From the NCBI GenBank assembly GCA_002753335.1, contig PEAD01000003.1, positions 1-64,000 on the forward strand: a DNA stretch of 64,000 bases. Reading direction: 5' to 3'. Below are positions 9,891 to 20,369 of this stretch, piece after piece (the first letter of the stretch is position 1; each line of letters starts with the position of its first letter). The stretch comes from Nitrospirae bacterium MYbin3. GTDB taxonomy: Bacteria; Nitrospirota; Thermodesulfovibrionia; Thermodesulfovibrionales; Dissulfurispiraceae. The position numbers and the translations under genes were made by a program. The notes beneath the pieces are model-generated. The model saw only the letters and a program-made list of their open reading frames with translations. It did not search any database and had not been told where the DNA came from.

Positions 9891-10892
9891 TTACCGCCTT
9901 ATTAAAGGAGCGCTATTAACTTCTTTATATATTAGGCGTGAAATATCACTGATGATATTTGCCTGTCTGCTGAAATCGTCCCCGGTCGTCATAATTCCCA
10001 ATATGTACGGAGAAGTTGGATGGTAGATGATTCCGAACTCGTGAAGCTGTTTATCTGAATTCATCCCGTCCGAATACGCACCAAATTTTGCAGCAACAAC
10101 GGTGCCTTTCGGAACACCCGCTACAATACCATTTGAGAATTCTTGCTCACTCAGCAACTCCAAAGCTTTTTCGGACATCTCTCTATTTAAAAACGAAGCG
10201 TTATAAAGAATGCGAAAGAATCCTGAGTATCCGTGAACAGTAATGGAATTAACACCATCTTTGGGGTTGTTGTTTATATCCATGCTGTCTAATACAGTAT
10301 CCAGTTCTTCTCCCTTTAGATTGTAATACAACACAGAGGTGGCGTTGTTGTCAGAATAGCGCATCATGTAGTAAAGCAGTTCTTTTACCGTGTACCCTTT
10401 GTTTTTAACAATGGTGTGCTCTGGCGATATATTCTGTATTTTGCTCATGTCGTACTCGCCGTTATAGATAAATTTAAGGTTGAGCACATTCGGATCTTTT
10501 TCAGCTCGTTTAAGCCAAGCGACCATTACAGGCACCTTCATCATGCTAGCCGGATTAAATTCTGCTTTTTCATTTATTCCAAACCATGGGCCGTCATGCA
10601 GGTCACGGTAATATACCGATATAGCACGCACCTGTCCCTTGTCGATCAGGTTTTGAGTAAAAGACTTGATTTTGTATTTGAATGGAATAGGCTCATTGCC
10701 GATAACTATACCCTCTGGAAGTTCAACATCCAGCAGCGGACTGGTAAAACGAAAACCTTTTAACACAACATTCCGGTTTGATTTTATGGGCGTTCTGCGC
10801 AGATAAGCGTCATGGGCAAACCACCCAGCAACGAAAAGGAGAGCGGCTGCTGTCAGATAGATAAAGATCTGGCGTTGGTTCAGTTTATTCAT
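9891..10892 (-). CDS. Class A beta-lactamase-fold serine hydrolase, membrane anchored
   Basis: SMMK (SxxK), SDN and KFG motifs; N-terminal TM helix. Confidence 0.85.
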   Translation of the reverse strand: MNKLNQRQIFIYLTAAALLFVAGWFAHDAYLRRTPIKSNRNVVLKGFRFTSPLLDVELPEGIVIGNEPIPFKYKIKSFTQNLIDKGQVRAISVYYRDLHDGPWFGINEKAEFNPASMMKVPVMVAWLKRAEKDPNVLNLKFIYNGEYDMSKIQNISPEHTIVKNKGYTVKELLYYMMRYSDNNATSVLYYNLKGEELDTVLDSMDINNNPKDGVNSITVHGYSGFFRILYNASFLNREMSEKALELLSEQEFSNGIVAGVPKGTVVAAKFGAYSDGMNSDKQLHEFGIIYHPTSPYILGIMTTGDDFSRQANIISDISRLIYKEVNSAPLIRR

Positions 10893-10893
10893 A

Positions 10894-12099
10894 TCAAATT
10901 ACACCGCGGGGAATTATCGCTATTCCTGAGTTGTCCAGATGACACTTAAAGCGGTCTTTTTCAGGGTCAAATCCCACCCTTTCGCCCTCACTTATGACAT
11001 TCAATTTGTCAACAATTACACGCTTGAGAGAAACTCCCTTTTTAATATGCGAATGATCCATGATGATGCTGTCTTCGATATCAACATCATCATCAACCAC
11101 TACGCCGCAGCGCAGCACAGAGTTGCGAATTCTTGCACCATGCACAACAGAGCCTTCGCCGAGTATGGTGTTTCTTATGTCGCCATTTAATATTTTGGCT
11201 GCAGGCCCCTCATAAGACGAGGGATGGATAGGCCATGATTTATTGTTTACTTCAAACAGAGGTTTGCTGCCAAGCATATCCATGTGTGCATCGAAAAAAG
11301 CTGAGATTGTTCCTACATCTCGCCAATAGCCCGGCTCTTCACTTGCTGTAGTGCCGGGGATGGTATTGGTCGAAAAATCATATGCAAAAACTTTCCCTGT
11401 GGTGACAAGGTCGGGGATTATATGAGCTCCAAAGTCATACTGCTTGTTGCTCTGCGCCCTTGCGAGTGAGCTTAGAAGAACCTCTCTGTTAAAGATATAG
11501 TTTCCCATAGATACATAAGCCCTCGTGGGATCACCCGGCATAGGTGTGGGGGATGCAGGTTTTTCTTCAAAACCCACGATTCTCTTATTTTTGTCGGTGA
11601 CAATCACTCCAAAGGCTGAAGCCTGTTCTATCGGCACTGGCCGTGCAGCTACTGTGACCGATGCACCGGTTTCGAGATGAAAGTCTATCATTTGGCGGAT
11701 GTCCATTCTGTATATGTGGTCAGAGCCGAACACAACCACAAGCTCTGGCCGATGGTCTTGAATAAGCGGAGCGTTTTGAAATACTGCGTTTGCGGTACCT
11801 TGAAACCATTCGTTTCCGGTTCTCATCTGCGGGGGCACCACCGTGACGAAATGTTTGTTCATAACCGATGACAGCACCCAGTTCTGTCTTATATGCTCTA
11901 TTAGCGACTGGGATTTGTACTGCACGAGCAGATAAATGGAATATATATGCGAATTGACAAGATTGCTCAAAACAAAATCTACTATGCGGTATCTGCCGCC
12001 AAACGGAACCGAAGGCTTAGAGCGAAAAGATGTAAGCGGGAAGAGCCGCTCTCCTTTGCCTCCTGCAAGCACTACAGCTAAGATTTTCGGATGAGACAT
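10894..12099 (-). CDS. glgC: Glucose-1-phosphate adenylyltransferase
   Basis: LAGGKGERL.PLT..RSKPSVPFGG, WFQGTA, DHIYRMD and YWRDVGT motifs. Confidence 0.97.
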   Translation of the reverse strand: MSHPKILAVVLAGGKGERLFPLTSFRSKPSVPFGGRYRIVDFVLSNLVNSHIYSIYLLVQYKSQSLIEHIRQNWVLSSVMNKHFVTVVPPQMRTGNEWFQGTANAVFQNAPLIQDHRPELVVVFGSDHIYRMDIRQMIDFHLETGASVTVAARPVPIEQASAFGVIVTDKNKRIVGFEEKPASPTPMPGDPTRAYVSMGNYIFNREVLLSSLARAQSNKQYDFGAHIIPDLVTTGKVFAYDFSTNTIPGTTASEEPGYWRDVGTISAFFDAHMDMLGSKPLFEVNNKSWPIHPSSYEGPAAKILNGDIRNTILGEGSVVHGARIRNSVLRCGVVVDDDVDIEDSIIMDHSHIKKGVSLKRVIVDKLNVISEGERVGFDPEKDRFKCHLDNSGIAIIPRGVI

Positions 12100-12125
12100 T
12101 ATGCCCCCTCAAAATATTCTATTTA

Positions 12126-13136
12126 TTATGGCATATCTACGCCTGCAATTTTGCAGCCGCATTTTACACATTTTGAATTTTTCAAACCCTTTACTGCAAG
12201 ATTATAACCGAATCGCTCCATCAAAAGGAGGTTGCATTTAGGGCAGTATGTGTTCTCCCCTCCCTCGCCCGGCACATTGCCTTCATATACAAATTTCAAA
12301 CCTGCATCCATTCCTATTTTTCGCGCAGCACGCAGTCTTTCTATTGATGTCCGTGGTTTATTGAGTAGTTTGTATGTGGGGTAAAAGGCCGTAACATGCC
12401 ACGGTATTTCAGCATCCACAGATTTTATAAAATCGGCTGCGAATCTCAAAAAGTCATCAGAATCATTGTAATCAGGGATGACCAAGGTTGTCACTTCAAC
12501 CCAGACCCCAAGCTCTTTCATAAGCTTTATCGTGTCAAGGACCGGTTTAAGCCGGGCGCCCGCAATTTTTTTATAGAAATTGTCGTCGCCTTTCACGTCT
12601 ATATTGTTGGCGTCAAGATATGGTGCTATAATTTTTATGGCTTCAGTACTGGTGTAACCGTTGCTTACGAAGATATTTTTCATGCCTTGTTCATGAGCAA
12701 GTTTTGCACAGTCATAGGCGAATTCAAAAAAAATCGTTGGTTCGGTGTATGTGTATGAAATGCTTTTACAACCGCTTCTCTCAGCCGCTGCAATCACATC
12801 CGCAGGGGTTGAATAGTGTCCCGGAATATCTTCAGCCCCCGTGGATAACTGCGAGATGCTGTAATTCTGGCAATGCATGCATTTGAAGTTGCAGCCTGCA
12901 GTTGCTATCGAATAAGATTTTGAACCCGGCTGAAAATGGAACAGCGGTTTTTTTTCTATGGGATCGATGTTTGCGGCTACAAGCTTTCCATAAACAAGAC
13001 TGTAAAGAACCCCGTCCCTGTTTTCTCTGACGCCGCAGATTCCCCGTTTGCCAGGATTAATTGTGCAGTAATGATTACAAAGAAGGCATTGCGTTTTTCC
13101 GTTTCCGGTTTTGCTATAAAGCAATGCCTCTTTCAT
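12126..13136 (-). CDS. AmmeMemoRadiSam-system radical SAM enzyme
   Basis: CLLCNHYC, DPIEKKPLFHF, CNFKCMHCQN and YTYTEP motifs; C-terminal CPKC...CVKCG. Confidence 0.92.
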   Translation of the reverse strand: MKEALLYSKTGNGKTQCLLCNHYCTINPGKRGICGVRENRDGVLYSLVYGKLVAANIDPIEKKPLFHFQPGSKSYSIATAGCNFKCMHCQNYSISQLSTGAEDIPGHYSTPADVIAAAERSGCKSISYTYTEPTIFFEFAYDCAKLAHEQGMKNIFVSNGYTSTEAIKIIAPYLDANNIDVKGDDNFYKKIAGARLKPVLDTIKLMKELGVWVEVTTLVIPDYNDSDDFLRFAADFIKSVDAEIPWHVTAFYPTYKLLNKPRTSIERLRAARKIGMDAGLKFVYEGNVPGEGGENTYCPKCNLLLMERFGYNLAVKGLKNSKCVKCGCKIAGVDMP

Positions 13137-13139
13137 TAA

Positions 13140-13364
13140 TCATTTTTTCTTTGTTTTTGCTGTGGCTTTTGTGGCGGTCTTTTTTACTGCTGTTTTGTCC
13201 GGCGCTTTCGCTTCGGCTGTTTTCTTCTTTGCTGGCGCAGCCTTCTTTCCTGCAAGAACGATTTTTTCTGCTTCAAGCCAGTTTTCGAAGTCGCGTCCAC
13301 CTATCCGACCGCTCTTTTCATAAAGGTCGTGTGCTACTTTTTTAATCTCCTCATACAGATTCAT
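13140..13364 (-). CDS. DUF2934-like small protein with Lys/Ala-rich tail
   Basis: I..VA..LYEKSG...GRD..NWLEAE pattern. Confidence 0.75.
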   Translation of the reverse strand: MNLYEEIKKVAHDLYEKSGRIGGRDFENWLEAEKIVLAGKKAAPAKKKTAEAKAPDKTAVKKTATKATAKTKKK

Positions 13365-13568
13365 TCTATAAACCCCCTGTAGCTATTAGTAATTTATATA
13401 TTAACCTAAAATAGACCAAAGTGCAACAGCCTGCCTTGAAAACTCTTTGTCAAATCTGGTTTTTTGCGTTGGCAGTTTTCTTTAAAACACCGGTTTTTTT
13501 TGACTGAAACAAGGTGGCTGTGATACCATGATTTAAATACCTTCCGTACAAAGGATGCCTGTCTGAGC

Positions 13569-14357
13569 TTGACCGTAAAATTCGAAAAACTTCTGAACAT
13601 TCTAAGGGCTATGGGCTCTGTTATACTCGCGTACTCCGGAGGCGTTGACAGCACTTTTCTGCTTAGAGCCATCAAAGAATCCGGAATTCCGGCCCTTGCG
13701 GTGACATCGTATTCCGAAACCATGCCGGAGAGCGAATTCCGGTCTGCGTGCAAAATTGCAGAAGAAATAGGTGTGGAGCATATGATAATTCAAACAGCAG
13801 AGCTCGAAAATCCAGATTTTGCCAACAATCCGTCTAACCGCTGTTTTTACTGCAAAGATGAACTTTTTGGGAAATTAAAGATAATTGCTGAAGAAAAGCG
13901 CTTTCAGCATGTTGTTGACGGGAGCAATCAGGACGACCTTTCTGATTGGAGGCCGGGCAGACAGGCTGCAGCTAAGCATGGAATAAGGAGCCCCTTAATA
14001 GAAGCTCTTTTTACAAAGGACGAAATACGTGAACAGTCCAAACTGCTTGGTCTTAGAACGTGGGAAAAACCTTCATCCCCCTGTCTTTCTTCGCGTTTTC
14101 CTTACGGAGTGAGGATTACAAAGGAAGGGCTTCAGCGTGTTGAGAAGGCTGAAGAGTTTCTTAAGGCACAGGGGTTTGGAGAGCTCAGGGTAAGGAGTTC
14201 CGGAGACTCTGCCCGCATAGAGATTGGCGCCGAGAAAATAGCCTTGTTTAATGACAAAGGCCTTAGAGAAGCAACGGTAAAATTAATGAAGGGCCTCGGC
14301 TTTAAATATATAACGCTTGACCTTGAAGGATTCAGAAGTGGAAACCTCAACTCTTAG
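13569..14357 (+). CDS. larE: LarE-family ATP-dependent sacrificial sulfur transferase
   Basis: AYSGGVDS PP-loop, RCFYCK, RPG, PCLSSRFPYG and GFRSG motifs. Confidence 0.9.
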   Translation: MTVKFEKLLNILRAMGSVILAYSGGVDSTFLLRAIKESGIPALAVTSYSETMPESEFRSACKIAEEIGVEHMIIQTAELENPDFANNPSNRCFYCKDELFGKLKIIAEEKRFQHVVDGSNQDDLSDWRPGRQAAAKHGIRSPLIEALFTKDEIREQSKLLGLRTWEKPSSPCLSSRFPYGVRITKEGLQRVEKAEEFLKAQGFGELRVRSSGDSARIEIGAEKIALFNDKGLREATVKLMKGLGFKYITLDLEGFRSGNLNS

Positions 14358-15558
14358 CTCTCATGATTTATCAATGTGCGTCAGGTGCGGCGCATGCAAA
14401 GCTTTTTGCCCTACGTATGCAGAAACTGCAGATGAAGTCTTCAGCGCCAGAGGCCGCGTCATGCTTTTGCAGAAAGAATGTTCAGGGGAGGAGGGCTTTT
14501 CGGAGCGGTTTGATTCATCTATCTCAACATGTATGCTCTGCGGAGCGTGCAACAGCAGCTGTCCTCTCGGCATAGATCTTGTTGCCGCGGTCTGTGAGGC
14601 AAGAAAAAAACTTAAAGATAGTTCGCGTGAAAGGCGCTTGATCAACAGGGCTGCAGACTTTATTTTTAAAGATGCTTCAAGGAGCTTTAAACTCCTGTCT
14701 TTGCTCGAAACACTTGCCGACCTTCTACCTGTACATAGGATTGAGCCTTTTAAAACCATAAAAAGATTGGGTATCCGCCCCTCTTCTAATGTGCTGCGAA
14801 ACGGGCCTGCGATCTTCAAGGCAAAAAATTCAAAGGGCAGAGTTGCTGTATTTGCTGGCTGCACAGTTAACTATCTGTATCCTGAAATAGGCCGCTCTTT
14901 GATAGATGCCTTAAATGAAATCAACTACGATGTGGTGCTTCAAAAAGGGGAGTCCTGCTGCGGGGCCCCCCTGCTTGGTCTCGGTATGGAGGATGAGGCT
15001 GTCGAACTTGCCGAAAGGAACATTGCGGTTTTTAGAAAGCTAAAGGTTGAGGCTGTGCTGAGTCCGTGCCCGACCTGTTCGTTTTTTATAAGCGATGTTT
15101 ACAAACGGCTGACCGGTAGAGGTATAGCTAATACAGTAGATGTTTCTGACTTTTTTATGTCGAAAATAAGAGATAGCAGAAGGGCTGTCGCTCTTATGTC
15201 CGATAAGAACGAATCCACTGTTTTTCATGATGCGTGTCATGCCCAGCATTTTTCTGGCTCATATGCGTCTTCCCGTGAAATACTTAAAGCCGCAGGAATA
15301 AAGTTGCGCAAAACCGAGACCAACTGCTGCGGTTTTGCCGGGTCGTTCAGTGTCAGACACTCCGATCTTTCCGAAAATATTCTTGATAAGAGAACACGCG
15401 AATACGAAGGGGCGGATGCGATAATCACAAACTGTCCCAACTGCGTTCTTCAACTCAAGCGCACTATGAGAGCGAAAAATATCCGGCATATAGCCGAAGT
15501 AATATGCGAAGCACTAAAAGGAGAAGGATATGTCAGAAAAGTCCGAAGCTTCAGATAA
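14317..15558 (+). CDS. Fe-S oxidoreductase with two 4Fe-4S sites and CCG domains (GlcF/HdrD-like); start uncertain
   Basis: CVRCGACKAFCP, CMLCGACNSSCP and two CCG motifs. Confidence 0.85.
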   Translation: MTLKDSEVETSTLSSHDLSMCVRCGACKAFCPTYAETADEVFSARGRVMLLQKECSGEEGFSERFDSSISTCMLCGACNSSCPLGIDLVAAVCEARKKLKDSSRERRLINRAADFIFKDASRSFKLLSLLETLADLLPVHRIEPFKTIKRLGIRPSSNVLRNGPAIFKAKNSKGRVAVFAGCTVNYLYPEIGRSLIDALNEINYDVVLQKGESCCGAPLLGLGMEDEAVELAERNIAVFRKLKVEAVLSPCPTCSFFISDVYKRLTGRGIANTVDVSDFFMSKIRDSRRAVALMSDKNESTVFHDACHAQHFSGSYASSREILKAAGIKLRKTETNCCGFAGSFSVRHSDLSENILDKRTREYEGADAIITNCPNCVLQLKRTMRAKNIRHIAEVICEALKGEGYVRKVRSFR

Positions 15559-16288
15559 TTTAGAGATAACCACTCCTCAGGGTATTGAGGAGGAAGGCAA
15601 GCCAAAAGGAATGCGGATGTCTAAAAAGAGTGCATGCGACAGCTGTGGCAAATGCTGCGGCATGGGCGGGCCGGTGCTTCAGAAAGAGGATATGAAGCTG
15701 CTGATGTCCGGAGTGCTTTCACAAGATTCGCTTTACACGTTAAGGGAGGGCGAACTTGTATTTATACCCGGCGAACAAGAGCCCAAAGAATTTTTTATAG
15801 AGGTTATCAAGGTAAAAGAAAAAAATGATACGGGAGAATGTTATTTCTACGATGGCAGCGGCGTATGCAGAATATACGAAAACAGGCCGGTGCAATGCAG
15901 GGACTATCAATGCTGGGCTCCAAGCGAGTGTCTTACCGGCATTGACTCAACACGGATTCTCAGGAAGGATATATTCGGGGGAGTTCCTTTTCTGATGGAC
16001 GCGATTGCGAGACACAATGAAAAATGCTCTTATGAAAAACTTGGCGTTTCGCTTGCACGAGCAGCAGGCGGCGATGAAGAGGGAATGGAAGATGTTATCG
16101 ACATGCTCCAATATGATAGTTCTTTAAGGGAGTTGCTTAAGGAAAAACTTGGCATTACGGCAGCAGCAGACCTTGTGCTAGGCAGGCCTTTGATCAAAAC
16201 CATCAATATTTTTGGTTTTCATGTTGTGCAGGAAGGAGAAATTTATACTATAATGCCGATCGAAACGGAGCAGAAAGAGACGCCTTGA
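15530..16288 (+). CDS. YkgJ/UPF0153-family cysteine-cluster protein
   Basis: CDSCGKCC...C.F....CRIYENRPVQCRDY. Confidence 0.82.
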   Translation: MSEKSEASDNLEITTPQGIEEEGKPKGMRMSKKSACDSCGKCCGMGGPVLQKEDMKLLMSGVLSQDSLYTLREGELVFIPGEQEPKEFFIEVIKVKEKNDTGECYFYDGSGVCRIYENRPVQCRDYQCWAPSECLTGIDSTRILRKDIFGGVPFLMDAIARHNEKCSYEKLGVSLARAAGGDEEGMEDVIDMLQYDSSLRELLKEKLGITAAADLVLGRPLIKTINIFGFHVVQEGEIYTIMPIETEQKETP

Positions 16289-18069
16289 TTAAGTTAAGAT
16301 TCGGTCCGCTTAATTACGCGCTTGCAGCAATATTATTCGTTCTAATCGGGGCTTTAGGCGGTTTTGTTTATTGGGCTTTGCAGGAGATTCCGGAAACCAA
16401 AACGCTAGAGAGCTACAAACCTATCGAATCCACATTTGTTTATTCAACAGACGGGAAGGTGCTTGCCGAGCTTTTTCTTGAACGCAGAAGCTTTGTGCCT
16501 CATTACCAGATACCGGAGCGCTTGAAACAGGCTTTTATAGCGGTTGAAGACCAGCGTTTTTATTCTCATTCAGGCGTTGATTTGATTGGTATCATGCGCG
16601 CAGCATTTCGAAATATCATGGCGGGCGGTGTTGTTCAGGGCGGAAGTACTATAACCCAGCAGCTTACAAAGATTTTGTTTTTGAGGCCGGAGAAGAGCTT
16701 TGCCCGAAAAATCAAAGAGCTGGTTATATCCCTGCAGATAGAAAAAAAATATACAAAAGAAGAAATCTTGGGCATGTATCTGAACCAGTCCTATTTTGGA
16801 ACCCGTGCATACGGCATAGAAGCTGCGGCACAAACCTACTTTGGCAAATCGGTTTACGATCTTTCTGTTGCCGAATCAGCGATGCTGGCCGGCTTGCAGA
16901 AGGCGCCTACGATGTATTCTCCGTTCAGGAATCCTAATAAAGCAAAGGCTCGCAGGCAAGTGGTCCTCGGCAGGATGCTTGCCTGTGGTTTTATTTCAAA
17001 AGAGGAGTTAGAGAAGGCAAACGCAGAACCTTTGCCGATTAAGCCTTTTCACCGGAAGTATGCTGCTCCGTATTTTGTGGAATTTTTGCGTCAGCAGATA
17101 GAGCCGCGCTATGGAGACAAGCTTTATACTTCGGGTATGAGAATATATTCGACAATCGATTCATCTTTACAGGAAAGCGCTGAATCAGCGATAGCAAAGG
17201 GGATAGAAGCAATTCATAAAAGGGTCAAAGCCCCTATTCAGGCCGCGCTTATAGCCATAGATCCGAAGAACGGCAATATCAAGGCTATGGTGGGTGGGAC
17301 CGATTTCTGGGAAACACAGTTCAACAGGGCAACGCAGGCTTTTAGACAGCCTGGGTCTGCGTTTAAGCCGTTTGTGTATGCTGCCGCGCTTGAGGACGGA
17401 GCATCTGTTGACGACGAAATACTTGATGAACCGGTTGCATTTCCGGGATCAAGGCCTAATACCATTTGGTCGCCGAAAAATTATGATGGCGAGTACCGGG
17501 GGTATGTATCTATGCGCACCGCAATAGCCTTGTCTCTCAACGCCGCAACCGTGAGGCTTGCGGATGGTGTTGGCATACAAAAGATAATTGATCTTGCAAA
17601 GAAGAGCGGTATAAAAAGCACTCTGCAACCGTATCTTCCTATAGCGCTTGGTGCTTCGGATATAACCCCTATGGAGCTTACGGCCGCATATTCGGTTTTC
17701 TCAACAGGCAAAAAGATTGATCCTGTTGCGTATGAAAAAATCATGACCAGAAACGGAATAACAGTTGAAGAGGTTTTCCCTTCACCCGAGGAGGTGCTTT
17801 CGGAAGAGACCGTCAAGGATATGCGTTATCTCTTGAAGTCTGTGGTTGATTCGGGGACGGCCACGAAGGCGAAGGAGCTTAAAAGGCCGATTTATGGCAA
17901 GACCGGAACCACGAACGATTTTTCGGATGCATGGTTTATCGGATTTGACGAAAGGCTTGTAGTAGGCGTCTGGGTGGGCAGGGATGATCATACACCAATA
18001 GGCAAAAAGGAAGCCGGTGCTCGTGCCGCTTTGCCGATATGGATAGATTTCATGAAAAATGTGCATTAA
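16285..18069 (+). CDS. Penicillin-binding protein 1A family (transglycosylase/transpeptidase)
   Basis: EDQRF, GGSTITQQ, RKIKE, SAFK, SLN and KTG motifs. Confidence 0.96.
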   Translation: MIKLRFGPLNYALAAILFVLIGALGGFVYWALQEIPETKTLESYKPIESTFVYSTDGKVLAELFLERRSFVPHYQIPERLKQAFIAVEDQRFYSHSGVDLIGIMRAAFRNIMAGGVVQGGSTITQQLTKILFLRPEKSFARKIKELVISLQIEKKYTKEEILGMYLNQSYFGTRAYGIEAAAQTYFGKSVYDLSVAESAMLAGLQKAPTMYSPFRNPNKAKARRQVVLGRMLACGFISKEELEKANAEPLPIKPFHRKYAAPYFVEFLRQQIEPRYGDKLYTSGMRIYSTIDSSLQESAESAIAKGIEAIHKRVKAPIQAALIAIDPKNGNIKAMVGGTDFWETQFNRATQAFRQPGSAFKPFVYAAALEDGASVDDEILDEPVAFPGSRPNTIWSPKNYDGEYRGYVSMRTAIALSLNAATVRLADGVGIQKIIDLAKKSGIKSTLQPYLPIALGASDITPMELTAAYSVFSTGKKIDPVAYEKIMTRNGITVEEVFPSPEEVLSEETVKDMRYLLKSVVDSGTATKAKELKRPIYGKTGTTNDFSDAWFIGFDERLVVGVWVGRDDHTPIGKKEAGARAALPIWIDFMKNVH

Positions 18070-18093
18070 CAATGATAGAATAGCAGTCTCAAA

Positions 18094-18873
18094 ATGGGTA
18101 AAACTGTAGTAGTAGCCAACCAGAAAGGCGGCGTGGGAAAGACCACCACGACACTCAACTTAGCGGCATCGCTTGCGCTTGCCGAAGAGGATATTCTTGT
18201 TATAGACACAGACTCGCAGGGCAACCTTACCAGCGGCCTTGGCATAAACAGGGATGATGTAAGCAAAAGCCTTTATGATATTTATACAGGCCGCTGTACT
18301 ATGGAAGAAGTAGTTATGCCAACATCAATGCCACACCTATATATTGTTCCGTCAACCATAGATCTGCTAGGTGTGGAGGTTGAACTCGTAAGTAAAGAGG
18401 GCAGGGAAAACCTTCTCAAAAACGCCCTTGCTGCAGTAAAAGAAAAGTTTCGATACGTGTTCATAGACTGCCCTCCTTCTCTGGGGCTGCTCACGCTCAA
18501 CGGCTTTGTGGCTGCTGATTCTCTCATAGTACCGGTGCAGTGCGAATACTATTCTCTTGAAGGCCTGGGTCTTCTCACCAGAACGCTCAAGCTTGTGCGA
18601 GGTTCATTTAATCCTACGCTCGAAATTGAAGGCATACTGCTTACGATGTTCGATACTCGGAATATGCTTTCTCATCAGGTTGTGGCCGAGGTTCAGAAGT
18701 TTTTCAGCGATAAGGTTTATAAAACGATGATACCGAGGAATGTGGTTCTTGGCGAGGCGCCGAGCCACGGAAAACCGGCAATACTCTACGACCCACGCTC
18801 AAAGGGCGCACAGAGTTATTTAGCCCTGGCAAAGGAGATTCTCAATGAGAACGGCTTTAGGAAAGGGTCTTGA
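18094..18873 (+). CDS. parA: Chromosome partitioning ATPase ParA/Soj
   Basis: NQKGGVGKTTT, IDCPPSLG and EAPSHG motifs. Confidence 0.96.
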   Translation: MGKTVVVANQKGGVGKTTTTLNLAASLALAEEDILVIDTDSQGNLTSGLGINRDDVSKSLYDIYTGRCTMEEVVMPTSMPHLYIVPSTIDLLGVEVELVSKEGRENLLKNALAAVKEKFRYVFIDCPPSLGLLTLNGFVAADSLIVPVQCEYYSLEGLGLLTRTLKLVRGSFNPTLEIEGILLTMFDTRNMLSHQVVAEVQKFFSDKVYKTMIPRNVVLGEAPSHGKPAILYDPRSKGAQSYLALAKEILNENGFRKGS

Positions 18874-19669
18874 GGCCCTTCTGCCCGAAAAGGGCGAAGA
18901 GATTATCAGAATCGATATCGAAAAGATTATTCCGAACCAGTACCAGCCAAGGAAGGTTTTTAAGGATGAGGCTTTACAGGAGCTTGCGGATTCGATAAAA
19001 GAGCGTGGTGTTCTTTCGCCTGTTATAGTTTCTCGAGTAGGCGACGGATCGTTCAGGCTTATCGCAGGCGAACGCCGCTGGCGTGCATCGCGGCTGGCCG
19101 GACTGAAGAAAGTGCCCGCCTTGATAAAAGACGTATCATCACAGGACGCTATAGAAATAGCGCTCATCGAGAACATCCAGAGACAAGACCTTAATCCGAT
19201 AGAAACGGCCGAAGCGTTCAATAGGCTGTTGAAAGAGCATAATCTTACTCAGGAAGACCTTTCAAAGAAGGTGAGCAAAGACAGGGCCACTGTTGCCAAT
19301 TATCTCCGGATCCTGAAACTGCCGGACGAGATAAAAACGATGATAAACAGCGGGCAGCTTTCGATGGGCCACGCCAAAGCGCTTCTTGCAATAGAAGGCA
19401 AACACAAGCAGTTAGAGGCCGCGCGTGAGATATTGAAAGGCGGCATGAGTGTGCGTGGGGCCGAGACCTTATGCAAGAAAAAGGCTCACACGAAGACCGC
19501 AAAGAAAAAAGAGAAGCTTCCTGAAGTATCGGACCTTGAAGACAAATTAAAAAGAGCGCTCGGAACAAAAGTCACGATTCAACATAAAGACAAACGCGGC
19601 AAAATAGAAATCGAATATTATTCACTTGAAGAGCTTGACAGGCTGCTCGAAATACTGATGAACGGGTGA
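18845..19669 (+). CDS. parB: Chromosome partitioning protein ParB/Spo0J
   Basis: LGKGL, QPRK.F, GERRWRA and ENIQRQDL motifs; HTH. Confidence 0.96.
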   Translation: MRTALGKGLEALLPEKGEEIIRIDIEKIIPNQYQPRKVFKDEALQELADSIKERGVLSPVIVSRVGDGSFRLIAGERRWRASRLAGLKKVPALIKDVSSQDAIEIALIENIQRQDLNPIETAEAFNRLLKEHNLTQEDLSKKVSKDRATVANYLRILKLPDEIKTMINSGQLSMGHAKALLAIEGKHKQLEAAREILKGGMSVRGAETLCKKKAHTKTAKKKEKLPEVSDLEDKLKRALGTKVTIQHKDKRGKIEIEYYSLEELDRLLEILMNG

Positions 19670-19670
19670 G

Positions 19671-20228
19671 GTGGAAATGGAAAAATTTTATATTGACAAG
19701 AACAATGCAGCGCTTGTAATTGTGGACATTCAGGAAAAACTTGCGGTTGCTATGAAAGCCAAAGAAGATGTTGTGAAAAATAATTTGCATCTTATCGAAC
19801 TTGCAAAGCTCCAGAACATTCCTATTGTTGTTACTGAGCAGTATTCGAAGGGACTTGGCCCAACAGTCTCCGAAATAAGAACTGCGGTAGCGGCGTACCA
19901 GCCTATAGAAAAACTTACCTTTAGTTGTTGCGGAGAAACAGGGTTCCCGTCAGAAATGAAGAAGCTTGGCAAGAAACAGGTAATACTGACAGGCATGGAA
20001 ACCCATGTTTGCGTTTTGCAGACCTGCATAGATCTTTTGAAAGACGGTTACATAGTACATGTAGTGCGCGATGCCATCTGCTCACGCTCTAAGGAGAACT
20101 GGAAAACCGCGCTCGAATATATGCGCGACGCAGGAGCTGTGATTACCTGTACCGAAACTGTATTGTTCCAGTTGCTCAAGGTTGCCGGGACGGAAGAGTT
20201 TAAGGCGATTTCTAAAAGGATACGATAA
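19671..20228 (+). CDS. Isochorismatase-family cysteine hydrolase
   Basis: VDIQEKL, TEQY.KGLG.T, KLTFSC and ETHVCV.QT motifs. Confidence 0.9.
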   Translation: MEMEKFYIDKNNAALVIVDIQEKLAVAMKAKEDVVKNNLHLIELAKLQNIPIVVTEQYSKGLGPTVSEIRTAVAAYQPIEKLTFSCCGETGFPSEMKKLGKKQVILTGMETHVCVLQTCIDLLKDGYIVHVVRDAICSRSKENWKTALEYMRDAGAVITCTETVLFQLLKVAGTEEFKAISKRIR

Positions 20229-20369
20229 TTTGTGTAGAAGCCATCTCAAAAATGCCTCAGGAGGATAATGTGTAAACGTCAGGACTTAATCTGACAGCCC
20301 CTCAAATTTTAAGCAGAAAGAATATCCATGCTAACGTGGCCTGATGGATTAAGATCTGATTTTTACACC

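Noticed and set aside
18094..19669. parS site near parAB
   Set aside because: No match to the TGTTTCACGTGAAACA-type palindrome was noticed by eye in the window.
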